This document shows, piece by piece, positions 38,737 to 47,250 of a DNA stretch of 64,000 nucleotides. Within the stretch, counting starts at the first letter, position 1. Each line of letters starts with the position of its first letter. The stretch lies in sequence record PP777464.1, one strand, 5' to 3'. The notes beneath the pieces are model-generated. The model searched no databases. It had not been told where the DNA came from and saw only the letters and a program-made list of their open reading frames with translations. The stretch comes from Escherichia phage fEgEco12. A program made the position numbers and the translations under genes.

Positions 38737-38949
38737 ATGAAAACTATGAACATACACCAGTACTACTTAGATATTCTCCCTAAAGATGTACAGTTCATCC
38801 TTAAACAAGAATACAGTACTTTAAAAAACCTTAAAAGAACCGCACCGAATGTATTAATCCTGCACCAAGAAAATGTAGTTGATAATATTCTACAAGGTGT
38901 ACCAGGGACCGAGTACTTTAACATAATAAGGCTAATTACATTACCATGA
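38737..38949 (+). CDS. tiny-protein family member (70 aa)
   Basis: tandem paralog. Confidence 0.5.
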   Translation: MKTMNIHQYYLDILPKDVQFILKQEYSTLKNLKRTAPNVLILHQENVVDNILQGVPGTEYFNIIRLITLP

Positions 38950-39131
38950 ATCATATATTATACTATTACCTAAATCTATCCGACAGGGACAAGTACACCC
39001 ACAACTCCAATGTATGGTACTACAAACGCGGTAGTATAAGAGACAAACAACATTACTTCTGTATTGCTATAAAAGAAGCACTAACAACTAAGTACACGTA
39101 CAGAGCAGTACTGAAACTTATTGATATGTAA
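38946..39131 (+). CDS. tiny-protein family member (61 aa, ..YRAVLKLIDM)
   Basis: tandem paralog. Confidence 0.5.
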   Translation: MNHILYYYLNLSDRDKYTHNSNVWYYKRGSIRDKQHYFCIAIKEALTTKYTYRAVLKLIDM

Positions 39132-39141
39132 AGAGAATACT

Positions 39142-39324
39142 ATGAGCATTGAATTGTACTTAAGTAAATTACAGCCTGGCGATAGATTCATCTACAATAA
39201 GTTCGAATTCAACTACAAGAACGGGAGCAACAAATATCGTCGAGGATACCTATATACAAGCACAAGAGATGCACAAAACGAAAAGTACACATACAGAGAA
39301 GTACTTAAACTAATCTCTATTTGA
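39142..39324 (+). CDS. tiny-protein family member (60 aa, ..YREVLKLISI)
   Basis: ATG start; track start 39121 is TTG. Confidence 0.5.
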   Translation: MSIELYLSKLQPGDRFIYNKFEFNYKNGSNKYRRGYLYTSTRDAQNEKYTYREVLKLISI

Positions 39325-39332
39325 GGTAATAT

Positions 39333-39518
39333 ATGAATACATTTGAGTACTATACAAATAAACTATCTATGCCTGAAAGATCTCATCTCTATGTGTGGAG
39401 AAATGCGTATAAAAGCGGCAATAAACTTATACAAAGAAATTCCCTTACAGTGTGTACAAATTTAATTAAAGCAGAGTACCGCACATATATTGAAGTACTC
39501 AAACTGATAGCAATATAA
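39333..39518 (+). CDS. tiny-protein family member (61 aa)
   Basis: tandem paralog. Confidence 0.5.
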   Translation: MNTFEYYTNKLSMPERSHLYVWRNAYKSGNKLIQRNSLTVCTNLIKAEYRTYIEVLKLIAI

Positions 39519-39526
39519 GGTACTCT

Positions 39527-39706
39527 ATGCAAGAATTCTATATCTATAACCTCCAGCACAAAGATAGATACAACTATAATAAATTCCAAAGGTACTACAC
39601 AGTCGGGAACAAAAGAGATAAAAAACGATACCTACTATCATGTACAGTAGAAGCACAAAACGAAAAGTACACGTACAGAGAAGTACTTAAACTAATCTTA
39701 ATCTAA
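39527..39706 (+). CDS. tiny-protein family member (59 aa, ..YREVLKLILI)
   Basis: below track cutoff; ATG ORF with family C-terminus. Confidence 0.45.
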   Translation: MQEFYIYNLQHKDRYNYNKFQRYYTVGNKRDKKRYLLSCTVEAQNEKYTYREVLKLILI

Positions 39707-39713
39707 GGTAGAC

Positions 39714-39902
39714 ATGAACACTTTTGAGTACTACTTCAATAAACTAAACCACATAGAACAAAGTATGCACAACTCATTTATTCAGCACCATCAATCATCT
39801 GCACATGGAATTAAAAATATATCGATTGAGATTATCACTACCCGTGTACTGTCATCTGAACGTTATATGTATATTGATGTACTGAAACTCATCTCTATGT
39901 AA
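39714..39902 (+). CDS. tiny-protein family member (62 aa)
   Basis: tandem paralog. Confidence 0.5.
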   Translation: MNTFEYYFNKLNHIEQSMHNSFIQHHQSSAHGIKNISIEIITTRVLSSERYMYIDVLKLISM

Positions 39903-39910
39903 GGAATAAT

Positions 39911-40090
39911 ATGCAAGAATACTATATAGAACACATAAGCATTAAAGACCGTTTCATGTACGACACCTTCGTGAAGTACTACAACCTGGCAACTAATAGT
40001 ACTAAAAATATTAATCTCAATAGCTGCATTCATCACGCACTAACAAAAGATAATCCCTTCAGGGAAATCCTCGCTCTCGCATCTGTATAA
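39911..40090 (+). CDS. tiny-protein family member (59 aa, MQEYYI..)
   Basis: below track cutoff. Confidence 0.4.
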   Translation: MQEYYIEHISIKDRFMYDTFVKYYNLATNSTKNINLNSCIHHALTKDNPFREILALASV

Positions 40091-40100
40091 AGGAAACCAA

Positions 40101-40760
40101 ATGAAACTTAATGCACACAGCAAACAATACCTTAAGCACTTTAAATACCTCAACAGTATTCAAGCAGAATCTTTTACACCAGCATATACTTACGACCCGT
40201 GTGTACTAAAGAAACGAAATAAAAAGAAAAAATCCAGAAATGTTCTCGTATCTAAGAACCTCAAATCGTACTTGAAGAAAAATAATATAGCTCTTGCTTT
40301 TATTAATATCTATAATACTGATTTAAAAGTATTGAGTACTAATACCAGCACAAAAGCACTAAAGAATGCATCTATCTATATACACATGGATAATATCCCG
40401 TGCACTATAATTCTATCTTTCGGGAATGTATACTTCTTCGGGAATTGTAATAGCACCCATGATATCAGTACTGCACAATTCCAAATCGGCGATATGTACT
40501 GCATGGGTTCAGAAAAAATACACGATAACATGCACTTCTTCCAAAAGCAACGTACTAACGAAACTGATACAGTACTGCAATTCCTCAAAGAACTAGAACA
40601 CAAAGAATTATCCGAGGAAGAAGAATTCATGTACAGTACTGTAATCGATAATCCAGGACTCTATAAAAACGCGTACAAACTAACAAAACATGTACAGGAA
40701 CTTATCAGTACTGATAAGAAATTTCATCACCTCATTACGTATATTTCAAACTATGTATAA
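40101..40760 (+). CDS. hypothetical protein (219 aa) inside the tiny-protein array
   Basis: ATG with AGGAAA RBS. Confidence 0.55.
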   Translation: MKLNAHSKQYLKHFKYLNSIQAESFTPAYTYDPCVLKKRNKKKKSRNVLVSKNLKSYLKKNNIALAFINIYNTDLKVLSTNTSTKALKNASIYIHMDNIPCTIILSFGNVYFFGNCNSTHDISTAQFQIGDMYCMGSEKIHDNMHFFQKQRTNETDTVLQFLKELEHKELSEEEEFMYSTVIDNPGLYKNAYKLTKHVQELISTDKKFHHLITYISNYV

Positions 40761-40926
40761 AGAATTCTACCTCTCGTACCTTAATTCCGATATAGTAACA
40801 TCCAATACATTCAGTACTAAAATTATCTATAATGAAGTAATGAAAGAATGTATTAAAGGTGCTATTAACCCTAAAGATACGTATGACTTGTACTATGCAG
40901 TACTAACCCTTGTTTTCACGAAATAA
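40753..40926 (+). CDS. tiny-protein family member (57 aa, MYKEFYLSYL..)
   Basis: in-frame ATG; track start 40690 overlaps upstream gene. Confidence 0.45.
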   Translation: MYKEFYLSYLNSDIVTSNTFSTKIIYNEVMKECIKGAINPKDTYDLYYAVLTLVFTK

Positions 40927-40934
40927 CACATAAT

Positions 40935-41126
40935 ATGAATAACCACAAAGAATACTACATAGAGAAACTCCCAATGTATCTCCAACACCTTCTACCAACA
41001 GAACCATTGGGTATAGAAAAAAACTACGAAAAAGACTACTTCATTCAGTGCACTAAATCCTCGATATATATTGAAGACTATAATCGAGTACTGTATCACA
41101 TCCTTTTACTAATATATAGGTACTAA
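40935..41126 (+). CDS. tiny-protein family member (63 aa, MNNHKEYY..LLIYRY)
   Basis: tandem paralog. Confidence 0.5.
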   Translation: MNNHKEYYIEKLPMYLQHLLPTEPLGIEKNYEKDYFIQCTKSSIYIEDYNRVLYHILLLIYRY

Positions 41127-41127
41127 T

Positions 41128-41310
41128 ATGCACAAAGAATACTACACACAATTTCTCCCCAGTATATTTGAACACTACGCCAGATATAAAGTCCCCCTGG
41201 ATAACGATTTGGCAGTACTGGGATTCAATAATTGCATAGAACGCAGTATAGAAAATAGTAGTAGCTATGACCAATTATATAACACTATCCTACTTATATT
41301 CAGGTACTAA
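41128..41310 (+). CDS. tiny-protein family member (60 aa)
   Basis: tandem paralog. Confidence 0.5.
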   Translation: MHKEYYTQFLPSIFEHYARYKVPLDNDLAVLGFNNCIERSIENSSSYDQLYNTILLIFRY

Positions 41311-41311
41311 T

Positions 41312-41500
41312 ATGCATAAAGAATACTACACAAAATATTTCCCAATGTACCTCAGTACTAATCTATTAGATAAACCTCGCGGTATCAATGCACAAAACGA
41401 TAAAGTGTACTTTACTATGTGCACTAAAGCATGTATACTAGATTTTGATAGCTATCATCGAGTACTGTATCATACCCTGTACCTAGCTTTCGTGTACTAA
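41312..41500 (+). CDS. tiny-protein family member (62 aa, MHKEYYTKYF..)
   Basis: in-frame ATG after upstream stop. Confidence 0.5.
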   Translation: MHKEYYTKYFPMYLSTNLLDKPRGINAQNDKVYFTMCTKACILDFDSYHRVLYHTLYLAFVY

Positions 41501-41510
41501 AGAGGCCAAT

Positions 41511-41717
41511 ATGAACGAACAGAAAGAATTTTACACCAAACACCTCAGTGCATCAGAACAAATGTTTCTAAGGAGTGTATCACCTTTACGTTTAGATACA
41601 CCACACGCCAGAGATTGCTTTAATAATTGTATACGTATTACTCTAGAAGCTTTAGAAAACAATAACAAAAATATTCAGTACTCAGGCGTAATGGGACTAA
41701 TATTTTTCTATGAATAA
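41511..41717 (+). CDS. tiny-protein family member (68 aa, MNEQKEFYTKHLS..)
   Basis: near-duplicate of 42094. Confidence 0.5.
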   Translation: MNEQKEFYTKHLSASEQMFLRSVSPLRLDTPHARDCFNNCIRITLEALENNNKNIQYSGVMGLIFFYE

Positions 41718-41901
41718 TTACAAAGAATTCTACTTAAGCCATCTCGATCTAAACTCCCAAATGCTTATACCACTAAACCCAATAGATATCAAGGATAAGA
41801 AAAATACCAAACAATTCCACTACCACACACTATGTGCTATCAACCCAGATTATAATACATATAAACTGTACTACATTCTCGCCCTAATATATAGGTACTG
41901 A
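41710..41901 (+). CDS. tiny-protein family member (63 aa)
   Basis: tandem paralog. Confidence 0.5.
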   Translation: MNNYKEFYLSHLDLNSQMLIPLNPIDIKDKKNTKQFHYHTLCAINPDYNTYKLYYILALIYRY

Positions 41902-41902
41902 T

Positions 41903-42088
41903 ATGCATAGAGAATACTATATACAATTTGTTAAAGGGAACTACAAACACGCCGTCCCCGTAAACCCCTTAAATTCTAATGACCCAAGTACTATATTCTT
42001 GTTCCATGACGCAATACGTACAGTACTCAATACTAAAGATGAACAGGTGCAGTACGTATTCTTACTATTACTTATATACAGACACTAA
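41903..42088 (+). CDS. tiny-protein family member (61 aa)
   Basis: tandem paralog. Confidence 0.5.
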   Translation: MHREYYIQFVKGNYKHAVPVNPLNSNDPSTIFLFHDAIRTVLNTKDEQVQYVFLLLLIYRH

Positions 42089-42093
42089 CTAAT

Positions 42094-42303
42094 ATGAATA
42101 AAGAACATAAAGAATTCTATTCCAAACACCTCAGCCCCACAGAACAAATGTTTCTAAGGACTACAGCACCTTTAAGTACTGATACTTATTTCGGCAGAGT
42201 ATGCTACAATAATTGTATTCAAATGACTTTAAACGCAAACGACAATAATAACAGTACTAATATGTACTCCGGCATCATAGGTATACTATTTCTATATGAA
42301 TAA
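42094..42303 (+). CDS. tiny-protein family member (69 aa)
   Basis: near-duplicate of 41511. Confidence 0.5.
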   Translation: MNKEHKEFYSKHLSPTEQMFLRTTAPLSTDTYFGRVCYNNCIQMTLNANDNNNSTNMYSGIIGILFLYE

Positions 42304-42487
42304 AGAACATAAAGAGTACTATATAAGTAAACTCAAAGAGAATGAACAAGCATGGGTTAACAATTTAATCCCCCTGGCAATGACTCAATACGAATTTAAT
42401 ATGTGTACAAAGATTGTTTTAACTACTAATGATATCTCTAATACGTACTACTTCCTATTAAGAGTACTATATGGTACTTTGAAATAA
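42296..42487 (+). CDS. tiny-protein family member (63 aa)
   Basis: tandem paralog. Confidence 0.5.
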   Translation: MNKEHKEYYISKLKENEQAWVNNLIPLAMTQYEFNMCTKIVLTTNDISNTYYFLLRVLYGTLK

Positions 42488-42498
42488 TAAGGTATACT

Positions 42499-42705
42499 AT
42501 GCAGAACATAAAAAACTATAAAGAGTACTATATAAGTAAACTACCACCGACTGACCAAGCATGGATTAGATCTATAATAGTACTGGCATTTAATAGATAT
42601 GCATTTAACAGATGTACCGAGATTGCTATAGACCCTTATAATATTAAAGAGAATGTACAGCATAATCAGTACTACTATATGTTAATGCTTATATATAGGA
42701 AGTAA
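42499..42705 (+). CDS. tiny-protein family member (68 aa)
   Basis: last array member. Confidence 0.5.
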   Translation: MQNIKNYKEYYISKLPPTDQAWIRSIIVLAFNRYAFNRCTEIAIDPYNIKENVQHNQYYYMLMLIYRK

Positions 42706-43372
42706 TTCAACATATAGACAGGGGAAGCTCCGCAGGGAAAGCATTGGACAGGCTTTAACAATTAGAAGAATTGTTAAAATTCAGCCTGGACAAATGCGAT
42801 CACTAGGATTCTCCCCAGGCTAAACCCCGTAATCATATGTAGTCATAAGTAATCATATATAAACATTTATATGAGCACCGTAGAATCACAGAATGATTAT
42901 ATATGATTCAGTACTGATTATTATAGACAAGATTACTCAAGAATGCTAGGGAAGGATTCAGTACTGCCCTAAAAGTATTCAGTACTGAAGGTGGCGATAT
43001 CCCACTAAGTAGGCAGAGGAAGTCTGCCGTACTTTGTAGTTTCCAAGCTCCTTTTCCATTTTGCAAATTACATCAAATGTAATCAAAAGTAATCACGCAA
43101 TGATTAGTACTGAATTATTACTTTCACCTTAATTACAATTACCCTTTTACCCTTCGGGGTAAAATTCCATTACCCCTTGAGGCTCCAGCAAAAAGTTGGT
43201 TAGTACTCCATCCTAAATCTCGATCCTAAAAATTTTGGAGTACCTATGAAATAAAAGTTGGATCTTCGAAAGTTGAAATTTACGTTGGGACGTTTATGAT
43301 TTGTGGGATATAATGATGTTTGTAATCGGGTAGTTCTCAAGAATATCAGTACTGAAAGATGAAAGAAAGTTA

Positions 43373-43400
43373 TTGACTTTATGATTCAGTACTGTATAAT
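43373..43400 (+). promoter_or_regulatory. orphan sigma70-like promoter (TTGACT-16-TATAAT) with no ORF downstream
   Basis: TTGACT 43373-43378, TATAAT 43395-43400. Confidence 0.45.
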
Positions 43401-43584
43401 GTTCTACATAGGGTGATGAGTTGCTGCGAACAATTCATTTACTCTACCTCCTGTCGTGAGACAGTACAGAAAAGATAGTTCCTCCTGTGGTGGTACATCT
43501 TTTTGAACCTCATATGAAAATCGTAATAACAGTACTGATATTAACAGAATGGTGTCAGTACTGATTTTAATCTAAAGCATTATG

Positions 43585-43604
43585 CCACCAGCTTGTGCTG
43601 GTGG
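43585..43604 (+). other. hairpin CCACCAGC(TTGT)GCTGGTGG containing a Chi octamer
   Basis: perfect 8-bp inverted repeat; GCTGGTGG at 43597-43604. Confidence 0.5.
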
Positions 43605-43740
43605 ATTCCCTCTAACAGTATTCAGTACTACATGATGGTCTTCATCCTCCTAGGGTAACATAGTGAGGGCTATGATGGCAGTACTGAATACTCCCTTTCA
43701 AAAGATAGATCTATGGTATAGTACTGACGGATTTTGGGTG

Positions 43741-43920
43741 TAGTTACCCTGGATGGATTTTGGGCGTAGATATGTCTAGCCCTCCAGAAGTCTGGAAGTA
43801 AAGATGGCTATCCATCTAGACGGCTAAACGGCTAGATTTCTGGATGGCTGGATGGCTGGATGGCTAGACGTTTGGACGGCTAAACGGCTAGATGGTTACA
43901 CGTCTGGAAGTATAGACGGC
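43741..43920. repeat. iteron-like repeat cluster (3x tandem TGGATGGC; 2x 19-bp GACGGCTAAACGGCTAGAT; 2x GTCTGGAAGTA) followed by AT-rich stretch
   Basis: direct repeats read from sequence; no ORF. Confidence 0.6.
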
Positions 43921-44551
43921 TAAATCAAAATTTTATTTTGTTTTTTCCAATAGTTCCCCTACCGCGTGGGGATAGTTTCCCCGCAGTATCTGGTGTTAGA
44001 TTTTTCTGAATCTGGAATCATTATCTTATAAACTGGGGGCAATGTCAACGGCCTGGACGGATATTTTTAAAAATTTTTTCAGTACTGAATTTTGGGCGTA
44101 ACTATGCACCCGGTGGGCTTGAGTCTTTCTCGACTTGATGGAACTATTATACAGTACTGAAAAAATAAAGCAATACCCTGGAAGCAAAAAAGTTTTAATT
44201 AATTTGCTTGCTATCCTGGGCCGGACTATGGTACTATATTTCAGTACTGAGAAAGTGCGTTTACCTGCTAGGGTGCGGGAGTGTATCCTTTTTTTATATC
44301 TTGAATTTTGGACGGATCTTCCCACCCCCTGGGGTATCCGCTTTCTCGCGTCTATGTAGTAATTATACGCTTTTTCAGGATCAAGTCAATACCTAAAAAC
44401 AAAATAATTGAAAATAATTTAACGCGTTTAAACGGCCTGTAAAGCCCTGGAATGATTGGAATGGTGCAAATGTATAGCTTATGTGTATTAATGCGTTAGA
44501 ATGCGTCTGAGGACGTTTTACGGGGTATAGGGATGATTTAGTGGATTGATT

Positions 44552-44638
44552 CAGTACTGAATAATAGTACTCCTATATAGAAAGATAGTTCCCCTGGATG
44601 ATTGCAGTACTGAATAATAGTACTCCTATATAGAAAGA
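44552..44638. repeat. 34-bp direct repeat CAGTACTGAATAATAGTACTCCTATATAGAAAGA x2 (period 53)
   Basis: copies at 44552-44585 and 44605-44638. Confidence 0.65.
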
Positions 44639-44666
44639 AAACTATTTTAAAAGTATTTGTAGAAAG

Positions 44667-44729
44667 TACTTGCACCGTACTGATAAAAGCGTATAATGTT
44701 TTACATCGAGAGCGGGAACACTTCCCGCT
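44667..44729 (+). promoter_or_regulatory. promoter + leader stem-loop module
   Basis: TTGCAC 44670-44675, TATAAT 44692-44697, hairpin AGCGGGAACACTTCCCGCT. Confidence 0.65.
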
Positions 44730-44752
44730 ACACATTAAGAGAGATTAAAACG

Positions 44753-45115
44753 ATGGCGACTCAAATCAATAAAATCATGCTTAACCTGGTAAACTTCCGC
44801 GATGAGATGAAAGGTCTTCCGGCTGAAACTGTAAAAATTCACATTGCAGCTTATCGGGAACTTATTGCAATGTTGCCGCTTAAGCGTGAACAATACGCCG
44901 CTACTTTGATGCTGGATTCAATGATCCATATAATGATCTCAAATGATTTGACGATGGTTTATCAGTATATGGGCGAAAATTTCGCGGTGTGTAGTAAGCC
45001 AGTACCAGGGATGGCAACAACTGAGGAATTGCACGGCTTAAACTTAAAACAAGATGCATGGGATAATATGCCTCGTTTCCTGGTATGGGCTGACAGTGGC
45101 AAAATTTACAAATAA
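44753..45115 (+). CDS. hypothetical protein (120 aa)
   Basis: ATG downstream of the module; track ORF N-terminus is promoter read-through. Confidence 0.55.
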   Translation: MATQINKIMLNLVNFRDEMKGLPAETVKIHIAAYRELIAMLPLKREQYAATLMLDSMIHIMISNDLTMVYQYMGENFAVCSKPVPGMATTEELHGLNLKQDAWDNMPRFLVWADSGKIYK

Positions 45116-45125
45116 GTTTAATAAA

Positions 45126-45188
45126 GTACTTGCAAACTATGTTTAATGGCGTATAATGTTTTACATCAGGTGGGGAATAGTTCCCCCC
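45126..45188 (+). promoter_or_regulatory. promoter + leader stem-loop module
   Basis: TTGCAA 45130-45135, TATAAT 45152-45157, hairpin GGGGAATAGTTCCCC. Confidence 0.65.
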
Positions 45189-45208
45189 TATATAAGAGGA
45201 TTAAAAAA

Positions 45209-45448
45209 ATGGCTAAATCAAAAATGTTCTTAGGTCACAAAAACAAAACTCATTGGAATGTAAGCCTGTGGATTAATAACGATGAGGGATTGTATCGGTT
45301 GGCCCTGGACTTTATTGCCGCCAATACTAATCGCAATGATGCGGCCCGTCATATGATGTTATTTTTAGAACAGACTGGACAAGATAAAACACCGGACGGA
45401 TTCAAATATAGCACTACTGCGATCCGTGCGGCGATGGTTGGAATGTAA
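45209..45448 (+). CDS. hypothetical protein (79 aa)
   Basis: ATG after leader hairpin and AGAGGA RBS. Confidence 0.5.
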   Translation: MAKSKMFLGHKNKTHWNVSLWINNDEGLYRLALDFIAANTNRNDAARHMMLFLEQTGQDKTPDGFKYSTTAIRAAMVGM

Positions 45449-45534
45449 TAGAATTTATTTAAAGTACTATCATTTTTTTGCGATAGTACTTTATAATAGT
45501 GTTTTATTCATACACCAACGATAAGGGCAACAGC

Positions 45535-45801
45535 ATGAATATTAAGTATTTTGCGACGCGTGAACAAGCTCGGATCGCCGCACGCCAGGACGGGGCAACG
45601 TTTAAAGATATGGGCGTACAATCGGAACGTGGTAAACGTTGGGCCATTGTAAAGCGTAGTACCGCCAGATCATTACAGTACTGGTTAGCGGCCTTAAAAA
45701 GTCCCGATAGTGTATCGCGTCGAGTGGTAGAAATAAAGCTCGACCGAAAGGGCAACCGCGTGACCGTGTACCGTACTAAAAAGATTGCAGTACTTGAATA
45801 A
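45535..45801 (+). CDS. hypothetical protein (88 aa), KYFATREQARIAAR family
   Basis: paralog of 57853-58248. Confidence 0.5.
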   Translation: MNIKYFATREQARIAARQDGATFKDMGVQSERGKRWAIVKRSTARSLQYWLAALKSPDSVSRRVVEIKLDRKGNRVTVYRTKKIAVLE

Positions 45802-45804
45802 AAA

Positions 45805-45868
45805 GTACTTGCAAACTATGTTTAAAGGCGTATAATGTTTTACATCGAGAGCGGGAACTCTTCCCGCC
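45805..45868 (+). promoter_or_regulatory. promoter + leader stem-loop module
   Basis: TTGCAA 45809-45814, TATAAT 45831-45836, hairpin GCGGGAACTCTTCCCGC. Confidence 0.65.
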
Positions 45869-45882
45869 TATAACCTGGAGTA

Positions 45883-46119
45883 ATGAAAATGACTAATATG
45901 TATATGACTGAAGTTAAAACCGTAAAAGATACTACCACGAATAAAACTACTTACTTACAGCGGATCTGTGGTGTATGGCAACGTATCAGCAAATCAAAGT
46001 ACTTTAAATTAACATCATATGCAAACCGTTCGGATTCATTCAGTACTGAAATAAAAGGTAATAAAGTACACCAATACGGCACTTATTATTATTATAGCCT
46101 GGACGCGATTGCAGTATAA
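45883..46119 (+). CDS. hypothetical protein (78 aa)
   Basis: ATG after GGAG RBS. Confidence 0.5.
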   Translation: MKMTNMYMTEVKTVKDTTTNKTTYLQRICGVWQRISKSKYFKLTSYANRSDSFSTEIKGNKVHQYGTYYYYSLDAIAV

Positions 46120-46149
46120 GCAGTTTACAAATCTTTACAATTGCCGGTA

Positions 46150-46178
46150 TTGACTTATTTTGTCAGTACTGGCATAAT
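46150..46178 (+). promoter_or_regulatory. orphan promoter TTGACT-17-CATAAT (rightward)
   Basis: TTGACT 46150-46155, CATAAT 46173-46178; no ORF downstream. Confidence 0.5.
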
Positions 46179-46293
46179 GTATTCATTGGCAGATAAGCCG
46201 TAGCCCATAGGGTGCGGGAGTGTATCTATAGAAAAAGTAGTTTATTACAGTTACAATTGTGCACCCGGTGGGTTAGCTGTTGTCATGGGGTAT
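46179..46293. ncRNA. candidate small RNA locus between convergent promoters
   Basis: contains TAGCCCATAGGGTGC (46201-46215) and its near reverse complement (46260-46276); no ORF. Confidence 0.3.
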
Positions 46294-46322
46294 ATTATGC
46301 CAGTACTTGATAATGCTGTCAA
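46294..46322 (-). promoter_or_regulatory. orphan promoter on minus strand (TTGACA-17-CATAAT), convergent with 46150
   Basis: reverse complement of 46294-46322 gives TTGACA and CATAAT boxes. Confidence 0.5.
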
Positions 46323-46364
46323 TACTTTTTTTTACTATTCAGTACTGAAAACTATTTTTAAAAA

Positions 46365-46396
46365 GTACTTGCAAACTATGTTTAAAGGCGTATAAT
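46365..46396 (+). promoter_or_regulatory. promoter (TTGCAA-16-TATAAT) upstream of a structured non-coding element
   Basis: TTGCAA 46369-46374, TATAAT 46391-46396. Confidence 0.6.
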
Positions 46397-46397
46397 G

Positions 46398-46486
46398 TTT
46401 TACATCAGGACGGGGAACGAAATAAGTAACTTCCCGTTAAGTAGCCCAGGAGTAAGGCACACGAAAAACTCCCCTGATAAAATAGT
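46398..46486 (+). ncRNA. candidate small RNA / structured leader (copy 1 of duplicated element)
   Basis: about 85 nt between two promoters, no ORF; near-identical copy at 56652-56738. Confidence 0.35.
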
Positions 46487-46514
46487 TTGACAAATGTTTT
46501 TAAAAGCGTATAAT
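46487..46514 (+). promoter_or_regulatory. promoter TTGACA-16-TATAAT for gene 46547
   Basis: TTGACA 46487-46492, TATAAT 46509-46514. Confidence 0.6.
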
Positions 46515-46546
46515 ACTTACATCAACTACTGAATGAGGGTTACAAA

Positions 46547-47158
46547 ATGAAAACTATCACTACTACTACTTTCGTTATGGATTTTTCTGAATTGAACGCA
46601 GAACAAAAAACGTCAGCTATCGAACTGGTTCGGGAACGTGAAAAAAACTCAAACGACAATTATTTTTCTGAAAGTGAAATTGAATACTATAAAGAAACAG
46701 TACTACCGGAATATGGCATTAATGACGCTGAAATACAATTCAGTGGCTTTTGGTCCCAGGGTGACGGTGCATCAATCAGTACTGACCACGTTGACGCAGT
46801 GAAGTTTTTACGCAAGGTAAGAGCATTAACTAAGTATCGCTCAATCCGTCACTTGCTGAATGAAGATGATTTGGCGATGAGTGTAAAGCGTTCGCACTCC
46901 CACTACTCGCATGAGAATACTGTAAGCGGGTACATTGAATCGGCTTACACTGATTTAACCGCAAAACAAGAAACGTTAGTTAATGAGCTTGAGGAACTAC
47001 TCACTGAAACTATTCGTGAATTATCCCGCAAGTTGTACCGTGATTTAGAGAATGCATATGAGGATCAATTCACTACTGAAAACATTACGGCACTGATTGA
47101 GGGTAACGAGTATCAATTCAATGTTATTGATGGCGTAGTGGAATCAATCGAATATTAA
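46547..47158 (+). CDS. hypothetical acidic protein (203 aa)
   Basis: ATG with GAGGG RBS. Confidence 0.6.
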   Translation: MKTITTTTFVMDFSELNAEQKTSAIELVREREKNSNDNYFSESEIEYYKETVLPEYGINDAEIQFSGFWSQGDGASISTDHVDAVKFLRKVRALTKYRSIRHLLNEDDLAMSVKRSHSHYSHENTVSGYIESAYTDLTAKQETLVNELEELLTETIRELSRKLYRDLENAYEDQFTTENITALIEGNEYQFNVIDGVVESIEY

Positions 47159-47166
47159 TTTAAAAA

Positions 47167-47230
47167 GTACTTGCAAACTAAGTTTAAAAGCGTATAATAC
47201 TTTATATCGAGAGCGGGAATAGTTCCCGCT
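47167..47230 (+). promoter_or_regulatory. promoter + leader stem-loop module
   Basis: TTGCAA 47171-47176, TATAAT 47193-47198, hairpin AGCGGGAATAGTTCCCGCT. Confidence 0.65.
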
Positions 47231-47250
47231 ACTAATGAGGAATACTACAA

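Noticed and set aside
44026-44396. ORFs 44026-44325 (-), 44135-44359 (+), 44208-44396 (+) and 44538-44735 (-) inside the non-coding region
   Set aside because: Repeat-rich DNA, no RBS, overlapping each other in different frames; likely non-coding.
42706-44700. tRNA genes or a group I intron in the ORF-poor region
   Set aside because: I found no tRNA-like T-loop (GGTTCGAATCC-type) or D-loop signatures by eye; this needs tRNAscan-SE or Infernal to confirm the absence.
45146-45208. Track ORF N-termini such as MAYNVLHQ.., MYNVLYRKGNSSPP.., MYNVLHREGEMVLPP.., MFYIESGNTS..
   Set aside because: These come from reading the TATAATGTTTTACAT promoter and leader hairpin in frame; true starts are the RBS-preceded ATGs downstream of the hairpin.
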